The notes under the pieces are model-generated. The model did not search any database. It worked only from the letters and a program-made list of their open reading frames with translations, and was not told where the DNA came from. Below are positions 40,008-49,835 of a stretch of DNA of 64,000 nucleotides, in pieces. This DNA comes from Aigarchaeota archaeon (GTDB taxonomy: Archaea; Thermoproteota; Nitrososphaeria_A; Caldarchaeales; Wolframiiraptoraceae), in assembly GCA_025059205.1 (NCBI GenBank), contig JANXDS010000001.1:76014-140013 (forward strand). Reading direction: 5' to 3'. The position numbers and the translations under genes were made by a program. Numbering within the stretch: the stretch's first letter is position 1; each line of letters starts with the position of its first letter.

Positions 40008-41597
40008 ATGCGTCAGTGGAGACTTATTGACACGGGCCTAAGGCCAGCGTCCGAGAACATGGCTCTTGACGACGTGATTTTAGAGTGCAAAGCTAGGAAT
40101 TTAGTGCCCGATACCGTAAGGTTTCTTAGGTTCAGTCCACCAGCGGCTCTCGTTGGGTATCACCAAGATGTCGAACAAGAGGTTCGACTGGAGTACGCGA
40201 AGGAGAACGGAATAGACGTTAACAGGAGGTTAACGGGAGGTGGTGCTATCTACTTTGACAGCTCTACCGTCGGGTGGGAGGTTATAGCATCAAAGTACTC
40301 GTTCACAAATTACTCTTTAGAATGGATTTTTAAGACTATGTGCGAATGTGTGGTAAACGCCCTAAAAGAGTTTGGTTTAGATGCTCGCTTTCGACCTAGG
40401 AATGACATAGAGATAGATGGTAGGAAAATATCAGGCACGGGCGGTGTTGAGAGGGAAGGTGCCTTTCTCTTCCAAGGTACGCTCCTTGTAGACTTTGACA
40501 TCGAAACGATGATAAAGGTGTTAAAGATTCCGATAATAAAACTTAAGGATAAAGAATTGGAATCGGTGAGGAAAAGGGTAACCTGCCTTAAGTGGGAATT
40601 GGGCTATGTTCCGGATTATGAGGAAATCAGGAGTGCATTAATCAGAGGTTTCGAGAAAACTCTCAACATAGAACTCAAATCCGGCGAACTCACAGATCAC
40701 GAATTAGAGGTCTTTGAAAAAAGATTGACATGGTTTAAATCCGAAGAATGGATATTCATGGACAGGTGTTCATCAAAAGGATCTGCGATGGTGCACGCGG
40801 TTGATAAGAAGCCAGGTGGTGTTATCCGTGTATCGTTGAATGTGGATAAAGATGCGAATGTCATAAAAAGCGTGTTAGTAACAGGGGATTTTTTCATATT
40901 CCCCCAAAGAGCGATCTTGGATTTGGAAGCCGCCCTTAAGTTCGTTCCAGTGGATGCTGATAAGATAAGGGAGATAGTTCACAAGGTATTCGAGGAAAAA
41001 CAAGTTAGGGCACTCAGCATAACTGAAGACGACATAGTGGAGCTTATACTCGAGGCCTTAGAAAAAACCGAGCTTGAATCTTATGGTATAGATTACAACG
41101 AAGTTAATAACGTATACCCGATAACAAATGATATCGATTCAACACTCAAGAACGGCTTTGACTATATGTTACTACCTTACTGTTCCAAGATGGTTTCATG
41201 CACGTATAGGAGAACGGACGGTTGTGCAAAATGTGGTAGGTGCACGGTTGGCGATGCATATCGTTTAGCAGAGGAATTCGGTCTAAAACCTATAACGATT
41301 CATAACTTTGAACACCTGATAGAAGTTTTGAAGACTATGAGGACCGAAGGTGCAAGAGGCTTTATTGGTTGTTGCTGCGAGGCATTCTACGTAAAACACC
41401 GAGACGAGATGAGAAACGTGGGCGTGCCAGGGATAATAATAGATATTGAGGATAAAACCTGCTACGATCTGGGCAAGGCAGAAGAAGCTTATAGGGGTGT
41501 TTTCGAGGCCCAGACCAAGTTAAACCTAGAGCTTTTAAAGAAGGTACTGTTGACGTCCTTGAAAATGGGTGGTGTAAAGTGCATAGATTCGACGTGA
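40008..41597 (+). CDS. lipoate-protein ligase (LplA-type catalytic domain) with a ~170-aa cysteine-rich C-terminal extension
   Basis: N-terminal BPL/LPL catalytic domain (RFLRFSPPAALVGYHQ...RRLTGGGAIYFD). The C-terminus carries CTYRRTDGCAKCGRC and GFIGCCCEAF motifs. 529 aa is well above typical LplA size. Confidence 0.7.
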   Translation: MRQWRLIDTGLRPASENMALDDVILECKARNLVPDTVRFLRFSPPAALVGYHQDVEQEVRLEYAKENGIDVNRRLTGGGAIYFDSSTVGWEVIASKYSFTNYSLEWIFKTMCECVVNALKEFGLDARFRPRNDIEIDGRKISGTGGVEREGAFLFQGTLLVDFDIETMIKVLKIPIIKLKDKELESVRKRVTCLKWELGYVPDYEEIRSALIRGFEKTLNIELKSGELTDHELEVFEKRLTWFKSEEWIFMDRCSSKGSAMVHAVDKKPGGVIRVSLNVDKDANVIKSVLVTGDFFIFPQRAILDLEAALKFVPVDADKIREIVHKVFEEKQVRALSITEDDIVELILEALEKTELESYGIDYNEVNNVYPITNDIDSTLKNGFDYMLLPYCSKMVSCTYRRTDGCAKCGRCTVGDAYRLAEEFGLKPITIHNFEHLIEVLKTMRTEGARGFIGCCCEAFYVKHRDEMRNVGVPGIIIDIEDKTCYDLGKAEEAYRGVFEAQTKLNLELLKKVLLTSLKMGGVKCIDST

Positions 41598-42643
41598 TAG
41601 TGGTTGGCGGCGGCCCTTCTGGTGCCGTATGTGCAATAAAATGCGCTAAGATGGGTTTTAGGACAATGTTGTTAGAAAAATCGACGAGTTACAGAAAGAA
41701 GGTCTGCGGAGGCATCACACCGACTATAACAAAAGATTTACTAGAACTTGAGTTAGGGCTAAGCATTCCCAAGTCGGTGCTATCTGTACCGGAAAGATTA
41801 GGGCTTTTCTACGTACCGCCCAGTGGTAAGCACAACGGTGGTACGATGAGAAATTATTCATTAATTAATTTATGCAGGGTTGCCTTCGATGAATGGTTGA
41901 GAGAAGAAGCCAGTATGCATAACGTTCATCTTTTGTACCGAGCAGAATTTAATGCGCTGAAGCTAGGGAAGCATAGCGTATTGAAGGTAAGAGTGAATGG
42001 TAACCTAGAGTTCTTTGAAGCTACTTACGTGGTTGGCGCCGACGGTGCTTTTTCAAAAGTTCGTTCTTGCTTATTTCCAAACTATAAGCTCAGAATGCTT
42101 ACGGTCATACAAGAAGTCTGGGATGCTGAAGGCGATTTTCAAGATAATTTTTACGTAATCCTCAACGGCAAAATCGTACCGACTTATGGTTACGTAATTC
42201 CCAAGGACGAAAATTTTCTCATAGGATTTGGTTTTGAAAGCGGAGCGGCCGACCCAAAGTTTTACAGAGATGGGCTTTTGGGTTTATTAAAAGACGAGTT
42301 CTCATTTAAGCCTATAAAAATGAATGTAAGAGAAGTCGCGCCCATCCCATTTGCCCTATCACCTTTAGGACTAGGGAATGTTGTACTTGTTGGTGATGCT
42401 GGAGGCTTATGTAATCCTTTCTCAGGGGAGGGCATAAGGTTCGCGATCGAGAGCGGGGCTATCGCGGCAGAGTCCATTAAAATCTCACATGAAGAGGATG
42501 CAAATTTGATAACCATCTATGAATCGAGGATGGAGTGGTTGAAGGAGTTTTTACTTAAAATGCATACATTCGTAAGCGAGCTTGACGATGAGAAAAGAGA
42601 AGCTTTCGTCAAGGAAGAACTGTCGCGTCTTAACGTATTTTAG
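41579..42643 (+). CDS. FAD-dependent geranylgeranyl-reductase-family oxidoreductase (LipT-like member of the lipoate assembly module)
   Basis: FAD motif VIVVGGGPSGAVCA and a GGR-like length of 354 aa. It overlaps the ligase gene by 19 nt. Confidence 0.6.
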   Translation: MHRFDVIVVGGGPSGAVCAIKCAKMGFRTMLLEKSTSYRKKVCGGITPTITKDLLELELGLSIPKSVLSVPERLGLFYVPPSGKHNGGTMRNYSLINLCRVAFDEWLREEASMHNVHLLYRAEFNALKLGKHSVLKVRVNGNLEFFEATYVVGADGAFSKVRSCLFPNYKLRMLTVIQEVWDAEGDFQDNFYVILNGKIVPTYGYVIPKDENFLIGFGFESGAADPKFYRDGLLGLLKDEFSFKPIKMNVREVAPIPFALSPLGLGNVVLVGDAGGLCNPFSGEGIRFAIESGAIAAESIKISHEEDANLITIYESRMEWLKEFLLKMHTFVSELDDEKREAFVKEELSRLNVF

Positions 42644-42651
42644 CACATAGC

Positions 42652-43698
42652 TTAGCAAATTCTTGGGACAGGATCACCGATCGGTGGAGGTAAAAGCCTC
42701 CTACCTCCTACTATCGTCTCAAGCACAACGTGCTCGTACTTATCAGTAGCCTCACCTATTATTTCGGCGTCCCTTCCTTCCGGCGTTTCACGGATGGCCT
42801 CTAATACCGCCTCGGCCATCTGAGGCACCACAGCAATTATAACTTTTCCTTCGTTTCCTACTTCTAGGGGATCTATGCCTAGCATCTCACAAGCAGCCCT
42901 AACACCCTCCCTTATCGGTATCTTATACTCTTTTATGTAGATTCCGACCCCTGACTTTTGAGCCCATTCATTGAGGGCATTTGATAGGCCGCCTCTTGTC
43001 GGGTCCTTCATAGCAACAATTCCACCAACCTCTAAGGCCTTCCTTATCATTTTGTTAAGGGGCGCGACATCGGACTTTATGATGGTATCAAACCCGTAAC
43101 CTTCTCTTGAGGATAGTACGGCTATACCGTGGTCGCCTATAGTTCCAGAAACTATTATCTTATCACCTGGTCTAACATTAGAGTCAAGGAGCCACCTCGT
43201 CTCGAGATTCCTGTAACGTCTGACGACGCTAAGGTTGTGATCTAACGCCGCCTGTCTCTTCCCGATACCGGACGAATTTATAATAAACCCGTCCAAGGCA
43301 CCTCTCTCCACGACTTTTGTATCACCTGTTGCTACGAATACGTCAGCCTCCATACATGTCTGTCTTATGCTCACGATTATCCTCTCAAAATCCGATAATG
43401 GGAACCCCTCTTCTAAAACGAAACCCATGGCGAGAGCAACGGGTTCAGCTCCTAGCACAGATATGTCGTTCACGGTTCCTGATACTGCCAGCCTACCTAT
43501 ATCGCCGCCTGGAAAGAATAACGGTTTGACAGTATAAGAATCTGACTTTATCACGATACCGTCTACGACCGCTGCGTCGTCCAGCGCCTCCAGAGGAACC
43601 TCAGCACTTCCCCAGGCAAGGTTCTTAAGTATGAAGTCCTTAATCAGAGATTGCATTACAACGCCTCCCGCACCATGGGCCATCGTTATCCTATCCAA
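42652..43698 (-). CDS. hypE: hydrogenase maturation carbamoyl dehydratase HypE
   Basis: AIR-synthase-like fold, N-terminal MAHGAGG, and a C-terminal PRIC motif ending the protein. Confidence 0.9.
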   Translation of the reverse strand: MDRITMAHGAGGVVMQSLIKDFILKNLAWGSAEVPLEALDDAAVVDGIVIKSDSYTVKPLFFPGGDIGRLAVSGTVNDISVLGAEPVALAMGFVLEEGFPLSDFERIIVSIRQTCMEADVFVATGDTKVVERGALDGFIINSSGIGKRQAALDHNLSVVRRYRNLETRWLLDSNVRPGDKIIVSGTIGDHGIAVLSSREGYGFDTIIKSDVAPLNKMIRKALEVGGIVAMKDPTRGGLSNALNEWAQKSGVGIYIKEYKIPIREGVRAACEMLGIDPLEVGNEGKVIIAVVPQMAEAVLEAIRETPEGRDAEIIGEATDKYEHVVLETIVGGRRLLPPPIGDPVPRIC

Positions 43699-43848
43699 AT
43701 GACATCAACCCCAGTATTGATATCCGCAACGCTACTATTTTATTCCGTAACACAATCGATAACCCCCCTTAAAAATTAATTTTGTATATACGGATTCACG
43801 CACCATCTGTAAAACTATATATCCAGATGACGGAATACGTTATTCGGG

Positions 43849-44922
43849 ATGCGCCCACAACTCCGTAAAGTCATAAGGTTGGGTAGGTCTGCTCTAGCCG
43901 TGACGTTACCTAAAGAGTGGACGTCCTTGGTTAAGCTAAAAGAGGGCGACTACGTTCTCATAGAGGATATCGAAGAAAACTGTATCAGAATGAAGAAAGC
44001 TGATAGTGAGTCTGAGACTCCGCCCGCCGTCTGTGTAATTAACGCGGATATTTGCACCTCACAAAATATGCTATGGAGGATTATAATCGGTGCGTATATG
44101 GTCGGTCACAAAACCATTTGGATACAGACGAAGAATAGTTTTAAACCTAGCGATATTGAAGGGATAAGGACTCTAACGGATATATTAGTAGGACTTCACG
44201 TAACAGAGCAGACCGATAACATAATCATACTTCAAAGTCTTGCTGACCCTTCCAGACCTACGATTGATAGCTCTATCCGTAGACTCCATTTAATGTCTTC
44301 TAGCATGTACGATATGGCGTTAGGTGTCCTTTTAGGTGAAGAGAATCCAAAACGGCTTGAAGATATCAAGGCGCTTGAGATAGAGTGCGATAAAGTTTAC
44401 TGGCTTGTAACAAGACAACTGCTCCTGTCAGTGAACGATCGGGCCTTAGCAAAGGAGCTTGGTATAAGGTCTAACCTTTGGCTTTTAGGAAATAGGGCGG
44501 TCGTCAGGATTTTGAAGAGTATAGTTACAGACAGTAAGTACATATCCAGATATGTCGAAAATTTGCTGAAGCTTGATTATAAGCTTGACACAGAGACCAT
44601 CCGTTGGTTTGCCAACATACGCGACGAGGTTAGAAAGATATCAAACATGGCAGTCGATTCTCTTATTACAAGAGACTTGCTGAGCGGCAATGATGCTATT
44701 GAATCCGCTAACAAGCTTGTGAAGACTCTTGAGGCGGCGGAGATGGTGGCTCCAAAAAAATATGACGTTAACGTTTGTCCGTCCCTATCGGGTATACTCA
44801 GGTCTTTAAGAAACATCGTTCTAAACTACAGATACATAGGAGAAGTTGCGATCAACAGATCGGTTGAGGAATCCAACGAGTACGTGAGCATAGATACCGG
44901 CAGTTTTGAGGATAAAGTCTGA
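43849..44922 (+). CDS. AbrB/SpoVT-like N-terminal domain fused to PhoU-like helical domains (archaeal PhoU-type regulator)
   Basis: The N-terminal VIRLGRSALAVTLPKEW...GDYVLIE swapped-hairpin motif is followed by ~250 aa of helical repeats. A paralog lies at 46629. Confidence 0.5.
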   Translation: MRPQLRKVIRLGRSALAVTLPKEWTSLVKLKEGDYVLIEDIEENCIRMKKADSESETPPAVCVINADICTSQNMLWRIIIGAYMVGHKTIWIQTKNSFKPSDIEGIRTLTDILVGLHVTEQTDNIIILQSLADPSRPTIDSSIRRLHLMSSSMYDMALGVLLGEENPKRLEDIKALEIECDKVYWLVTRQLLLSVNDRALAKELGIRSNLWLLGNRAVVRILKSIVTDSKYISRYVENLLKLDYKLDTETIRWFANIRDEVRKISNMAVDSLITRDLLSGNDAIESANKLVKTLEAAEMVAPKKYDVNVCPSLSGILRSLRNIVLNYRYIGEVAINRSVEESNEYVSIDTGSFEDKV

Positions 44923-45503
44923 ACACATACTTAAAAAGGAATCAAAACTTTAATGAACGATGAAACTAGGTCAAACACTTTAACTTTTTAACGTAAGACT
45001 ACAATGGGATCGTTCCACGGGTGCCGAGGCCTTCACTAAAGGAGGTAGTGTTCGTCTGGACATGCCTAGGACTTCGGTGGTTTAGGAAGATATCCGTGTC
45101 CGGATGAGGTATTCCTTTCTGCATTAGGTGGGTGCATGATAACTACGTTCGTTTACTTTCAGCGACGATTGGGCACAAAGATAGAAGGGGTTAGAGGTTG
45201 ACGTTAAAGGAAAAGTTAAACTGGATAACGGGAGGTATAGGGTCACCGATGCAAGAATTAAATTAAAGGCTTTAGTAGGAGACTCGGAGTTTGAGAACGT
45301 TACGGGTTGTGCGAAATTAGCTATCGAACACTGTCGCATAACTAAGTCCATAAAACCATCCATCGCTTTAAATGTAGAGTACGAAGTCGTTAACCTAGGC
45401 AATCCCTAAAGCGCGAACTATTTTAAAAAATTTAAAAGAAATATTTTTAAAAATGCTTATCTGTAATTTTGTAATTAAATTTGAGGAAAAGGGTGTGGTG
45501 GCC

Positions 45504-45932
45504 ATGGTGAAGCTATTCGATAAGTACGAGTTTCCAGAAGGTTTGTACTACTCCAAAGATCATCTATGGTTAAAGCTCGAGGGCGACCTTGTGAGGGTTG
45601 GTGTTACAGACTTAGCACAGCAAGCGGCTGGCCCAATAGTATACGTAAGAGTCGTACCAAAGGGTAAGGTTATAGAGGCGGGGAAGCCCATAGCGACCGT
45701 AGAAACCGGAAAATGGGTTGGATCTTTCAAGTCTCCCGTGTCTGGAACGATAGTCGAGGTTAATGAAGCCTTGAAGTCTCAGCCTAAACTTCTGAACGAA
45801 GACCCATATGGGAAAGGGTGGTTAGCTCTCATAAAACCTTCAAAGCTTGAGGAGGAGTTGAAAGGTTTATTCTCAAAAATTGAAGATATGATTCCGTGGC
45901 TAAAAGACGAGATGCCGAAGATGATCAAATAG
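45504..45932 (+). CDS. GcvH-like lipoyl-carrier protein (LbpA-like); start moved to MVKLFDK
   Basis: GcvH fold. The lipoyl-lysine sits in ETGKWVGSFKSPVSG exactly 8 residues before the conserved SPVSG proline, as in E. coli GcvH. A poly-T terminator follows the gene. No gcvT or gcvP lies nearby. Confidence 0.8.
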   Translation: MVKLFDKYEFPEGLYYSKDHLWLKLEGDLVRVGVTDLAQQAAGPIVYVRVVPKGKVIEAGKPIATVETGKWVGSFKSPVSGTIVEVNEALKSQPKLLNEDPYGKGWLALIKPSKLEEELKGLFSKIEDMIPWLKDEMPKMIK

Positions 45933-46091
45933 TTAGCTCAAAGCTACATAGCATTAAAGAGTTAGCTAATAATACATACTTTAAACCTACTTTTTCGTTT
46001 TTTATTAAGGGTCCTAGCGCTCAGGTCTAAACTCTTTAACGCACAAATTTTTACAACAGCATTTAGTGATACAGCCGTCAGTCCGTCCACG

Positions 46092-46499
46092 CTACTCTGG
46101 TAACTTTAACTCAACTAAATATTTTATGTCTTCTTCGTAGTTAATCGGCCTAAACACCGCGATCCATCCCTCGCCGTAAGGATCTTCGTTTATAAGGTCA
46201 GGCTTTTCTCTTAACTTCTCGTTAACTTCAACTATCCAGCCGGACACTGGGCTTCTTAGAAGCATCACACGCGTTCCATACTCTACGGAGCCGAAAGGAT
46301 GCCCCCTGCTGATCAGACGTCCCTTGGGAAGGACTCTAACAAACTCTATCGTGCCCATATGCTCTGCGATACTCTCCACAAGACCGACGCGTACAAATAT
46401 CTCAGAATTCTCGCTCATTTGTTCAAACCTTGCCCATATCCCACGACTAAGCTTTGAAACGAATAGTTTTCCTAAGAGCTCAGGAACATACATTTCCAT
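46092..46499 (-). CDS. GcvH-like paralog apparently lacking the lipoyl-lysine (Thr at the canonical position)
   Basis: GcvH fold (SPVSGWIVEVNEKL...NEDPYGEGWI). The position 8 residues upstream of the SPVSG proline is T in SVEYGTRVMLLRSPVSG. Confidence 0.65.
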   Translation of the reverse strand: MEMYVPELLGKLFVSKLSRGIWARFEQMSENSEIFVRVGLVESIAEHMGTIEFVRVLPKGRLISRGHPFGSVEYGTRVMLLRSPVSGWIVEVNEKLREKPDLINEDPYGEGWIAVFRPINYEEDIKYLVELKLPE

Positions 46500-46628
46500 T
46501 TTTCTTAAGCCACCTCAAAATGAGGCTAGTTATAGCACGATATTGCTCATAACGTGTTGTTTCATATAACTGGTAAATATTACGTATACGTTACACATAA
46601 ATACCAGACGTAAAATTTTTACACGGAA

Positions 46629-47720
46629 TTGGGCACAGAAAGTAGCCGCTTATACGGTTATACATTAAGAAAAGTAATGAAGCTCGGACGATCTGCGTTA
46701 TGCGTTACGTTGCCGAAAGCCTGGGTTGCCGCCGTTGGGATAAAGGAGAATGATTACTTAGCCGTAAGACAAACCGGCAACTCTTTAGAATTAAGCAAAG
46801 TTGAACGGGAAGAAGGAGTTGGGTCGCCGGTTTGTATAATAAATGTGGACGCATGCATAGAGCCCCATTCTATAACTAGAGTTTTGATAGGAGCTTACAT
46901 AGCCGGCCATGATACGATCTGGTTACAATCCAAAAGACCTTTTACGCAAAAACAAATTGAAGAAGTTAATTCGGTGACGAGGAAGCTTATCGGAGTGCAC
47001 ATCGCAGATAGCTCCGAAAATATAATAATTATTCAGAACCTCTCAAATCCCCTAAGGCCTTCCATGGACAGTTCTATCAGAAGGTTTCATAACCTAGTAA
47101 TGGACATGCTTGAAGGTGCCGTGAGTATGCTCTCAAGTGGCAATCAAGATATGATTAAGCGTATTATGAGTATAGGTGAAGAGTGTGACAGGCTTTATTG
47201 GTTAACGTTGAGGCAACTTATAAGAGCAGCCAGCGACCCTGGCGTAAGGGAAGCTCTCGGAATAAAATCAACCCTATGGTTGCTTGGCAACCGATTGGTC
47301 CTGGTTTTACTCAAGAAGGCTGTCAACCTGAGCGAATTGATTGCTCTTTCAGCATACGAAATATTTACGAACGGGTGCGGAATTGAGAAGCGTATTACAG
47401 AGTGGTGCGCGGATTTCTGTACAACACTAAAGCACATCTCTCAAAATACGATAGATTCCCTCATGTCGAAGGATCTTTTGCTGGCAAATAAAACAATATC
47501 CCAGATCGACAACTTGATTGGAGAGAGAATAGAGGCCGGCGAAAAAATGGCCAGCAGTAGTAGATCACTCAGACATCATCTCTTCCGAATAATATATGCT
47601 TTTAAGGAAATTGGTTTGTGCTACCGTCAGATCGCAGAGGTGGCGATAAATAGGTCCCTAGAAGAATCCGGAAAATTCGTTACGATCGAATGTCCACCCA
47701 AGAATTCGGAGGAAGGTTAA
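46629..47720 (+). CDS. AbrB/SpoVT-like + PhoU-like regulator, paralog of 43849..44922
   Basis: N-terminal VMKLGRSALCVTLPKAW...NDYLAV followed by a PhoU-like helical region. It is divergent from the second gcvH-like gene. Confidence 0.5.
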   Translation: MGTESSRLYGYTLRKVMKLGRSALCVTLPKAWVAAVGIKENDYLAVRQTGNSLELSKVEREEGVGSPVCIINVDACIEPHSITRVLIGAYIAGHDTIWLQSKRPFTQKQIEEVNSVTRKLIGVHIADSSENIIIIQNLSNPLRPSMDSSIRRFHNLVMDMLEGAVSMLSSGNQDMIKRIMSIGEECDRLYWLTLRQLIRAASDPGVREALGIKSTLWLLGNRLVLVLLKKAVNLSELIALSAYEIFTNGCGIEKRITEWCADFCTTLKHISQNTIDSLMSKDLLLANKTISQIDNLIGERIEAGEKMASSSRSLRHHLFRIIYAFKEIGLCYRQIAEVAINRSLEESGKFVTIECPPKNSEEG

Positions 47721-47907
47721 AATTTATAGTAAATCGTTTTATTGGACGATCAAGCGGCTTATATCTACACTTCGATCTTCTTGTCGATTTATCGCTCGTA
47801 GCTTTTTTTTCTAACGTTTAAAGACTTACCTAACGCGATAATAAAGCACAGCACTTCAAAATGAAGATCCGGAAAGTCCACGTCGAACCGCTATTAACTG
47901 TAGTAAA

Positions 47908-48378
47908 CTAAAGCTTAATCTCTTCTTCAATCATCTCGATGCATTTTGGTACGGCAGCTTTTACCTCTTCACTCAGCCCCTCTTGATAGCAGCTTGGTTT
48001 TTGGATGGTTATTCCAAAAATCACTACCTCGTCCGGAAAAGATTCTCTATCGATAGTTTTAACGAGTTCGACAGAGGTTACGAAGTCCATATCATGAAGG
48101 CCGATGAATCTTTTCGACGCCCTCCTTAGGTCTTCGAGGGTTAGTCTTATTATTTTTCCAGGAGCTACGCCCTCTTCAACTAAAGCATCTACGATTATTG
48201 CTTTCTTATAACCAAGCATTGTTTCCGCCGCGGTTAAACCTCCGGCACTCAACTCGACAACATCAACAGACTCGCCTAACCTCTTTCTTAACTCGGATAC
48301 GATAATCAAGCCTAAGGCATCGTCACCAAGTATCGGATTACCAAGCCCTATTACAACTATGCCGCTTTTCTTCTTCAA
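47908..48378 (-). CDS. hycI: hydrogenase maturation endopeptidase (HycI/FrhD family)
   Basis: 156 aa with N-terminal GLGNPILGDDALG. It is last in the mvh operon and overlaps mvhA by 4 nt. Confidence 0.8.
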   Translation of the reverse strand: MKKKSGIVVIGLGNPILGDDALGLIIVSELRKRLGESVDVVELSAGGLTAAETMLGYKKAIIVDALVEEGVAPGKIIRLTLEDLRRASKRFIGLHDMDFVTSVELVKTIDRESFPDEVVIFGITIQKPSCYQEGLSEEVKAAVPKCIEMIEEEIKL

Positions 48379-49835
48379 GGACGCTTTATCTCAACCAAAA
48401 GTTTTCCATTCGCATCGTATATGCAGACGTCAAGCGGCATTTGTCCTGGCAAAGCATGTGTTCCACAAGCCAAGCATGGGTCATAAGCCCTGAATGCCAT
48501 CTCTATCATGTTGAGCAGACCGTCGCTTATATTGCCGCCTTTTATGAGTTGCTGCGAGGCCTTCTTTACGGACATACATATACCTGCATTGTTGTGTGTC
48601 GTCGCGACTATTAGGTTAACGTCGGTCAGTATACCGCCCTGGTCCGTCTTATAATGGTGTATGAGCGTACCCCTCGGCGCCTCAACGATGCCGACACCTT
48701 CGTCAGGGGTGTTTGTTAGAGGAACCCTAAAGTCCTTCCCGGTTATATCCGCATCTTTACTCAATTCAAGGGTTCTTTCAGCGGCGTTAAGTATCTCTAT
48801 GACCCTCGCCCAATGGTATCCGAGCGTTGCATGAGCTGGCTTACCCAAGGTTTCTTTGAACTTTTCATAGGCTTCCTGCGCATAGGGTGTCGTAAACCCT
48901 TCGGCCACGTTGAGTCTGGCAAGGGGGCCTACTCTGTACGCGCCTGATGCTTCACCATCGACTATTCCCTTCCAGCCCAGTTCCTTCAAGTACGGGAACT
49001 TGAGATAAGTCCACGTCTCCACATGCTCGCCTATGTATTTAAGATAGTCTTTTGGATGAAATTCCGCGTAGATTCTTCCTTTCGGATCCACGACTCTGAC
49101 TTTTCCGTCATAGTAATTAACCAGCCCCTTTTCATCGACCAAACCCATATAGTAAGTCTCATGCTTGTATACATCGCCCATGAGTAAGTCAAGGTATTTT
49201 TGATTTTTCAGAACTACGTCCTCGAAAATCTTTAGTGTAAATTGGGCGAACTCCACCAGTTTCTTTGCACCTTCTTCTATTTCCTTTCTGTCATCTTCTG
49301 TCAAAGATTTGGAGACACCACCCGGAACAGCACAAGTCGGTATTATTGCTCTTCCGGCAAGTTTCTCCAGGAGCTTCGTTGCCACCATCCTGGCGTTTAT
49401 GACTCTCTTTCCAGTTTCCAGTCCAACCTTTCCAATAAGACCAAGAATGTTCCTTTCAGCCCTCGGTGCATCAGGTCCAACTACGAAGTCCGGCGCGGAA
49501 AGTGTGTAGAATACTGCCGAATGGTCGTGTATGTAGAATATATTATAGGCCAATTCCCTTATCTTCTTCGCAGTTTCCGGCAACTCGGCTCCGTAGACGG
49601 CATCCACGGCCTTAGCCGATGCCATGTGATGTGCCCATGGACAGACGCCGCAGATCCTTGAGGTTATTATAGGCATTTCCTCGACAGGTCTCCCTATACA
49701 GAACTTCTCGAAGCCCCTGAACTCAACTACCTGATAGTAGGCGTCCTTAACGTTGCCGGCTTCGTCTAAAAATATCGAAATCTTACCGTGCCCCTCAAGC
49801 CTAGTTATTGGCTGAATTGTTACGACTTTCTTCAT
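48375..49835 (-). CDS. mvhA: [NiFe] hydrogenase large subunit, MvhA-type (group 3c)
   Basis: N-terminal RICGVCPWAH (L1) and C-terminal DPCLACGTH (L2) Ni-binding motifs. Size 486 aa. Confidence 0.9.
   Translation of the reverse strand: MKKVVTIQPITRLEGHGKISIFLDEAGNVKDAYYQVVEFRGFEKFCIGRPVEEMPIITSRICGVCPWAHHMASAKAVDAVYGAELPETAKKIRELAYNIFYIHDHSAVFYTLSAPDFVVGPDAPRAERNILGLIGKVGLETGKRVINARMVATKLLEKLAGRAIIPTCAVPGGVSKSLTEDDRKEIEEGAKKLVEFAQFTLKIFEDVVLKNQKYLDLLMGDVYKHETYYMGLVDEKGLVNYYDGKVRVVDPKGRIYAEFHPKDYLKYIGEHVETWTYLKFPYLKELGWKGIVDGEASGAYRVGPLARLNVAEGFTTPYAQEAYEKFKETLGKPAHATLGYHWARVIEILNAAERTLELSKDADITGKDFRVPLTNTPDEGVGIVEAPRGTLIHHYKTDQGGILTDVNLIVATTHNNAGICMSVKKASQQLIKGGNISDGLLNMIEMAFRAYDPCLACGTHALPGQMPLDVCIYDANGKLLVEIKRP

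Noticed and set aside
45453-45503. N-terminal extension MLICNFVIKFEEKGVVA of the first gcvH-like ORF
   Set aside because: GcvH homologs begin at the MVKLFDKYEF-type sequence. The extension is AT-rich promoter-like DNA, so the start was moved to 45504.
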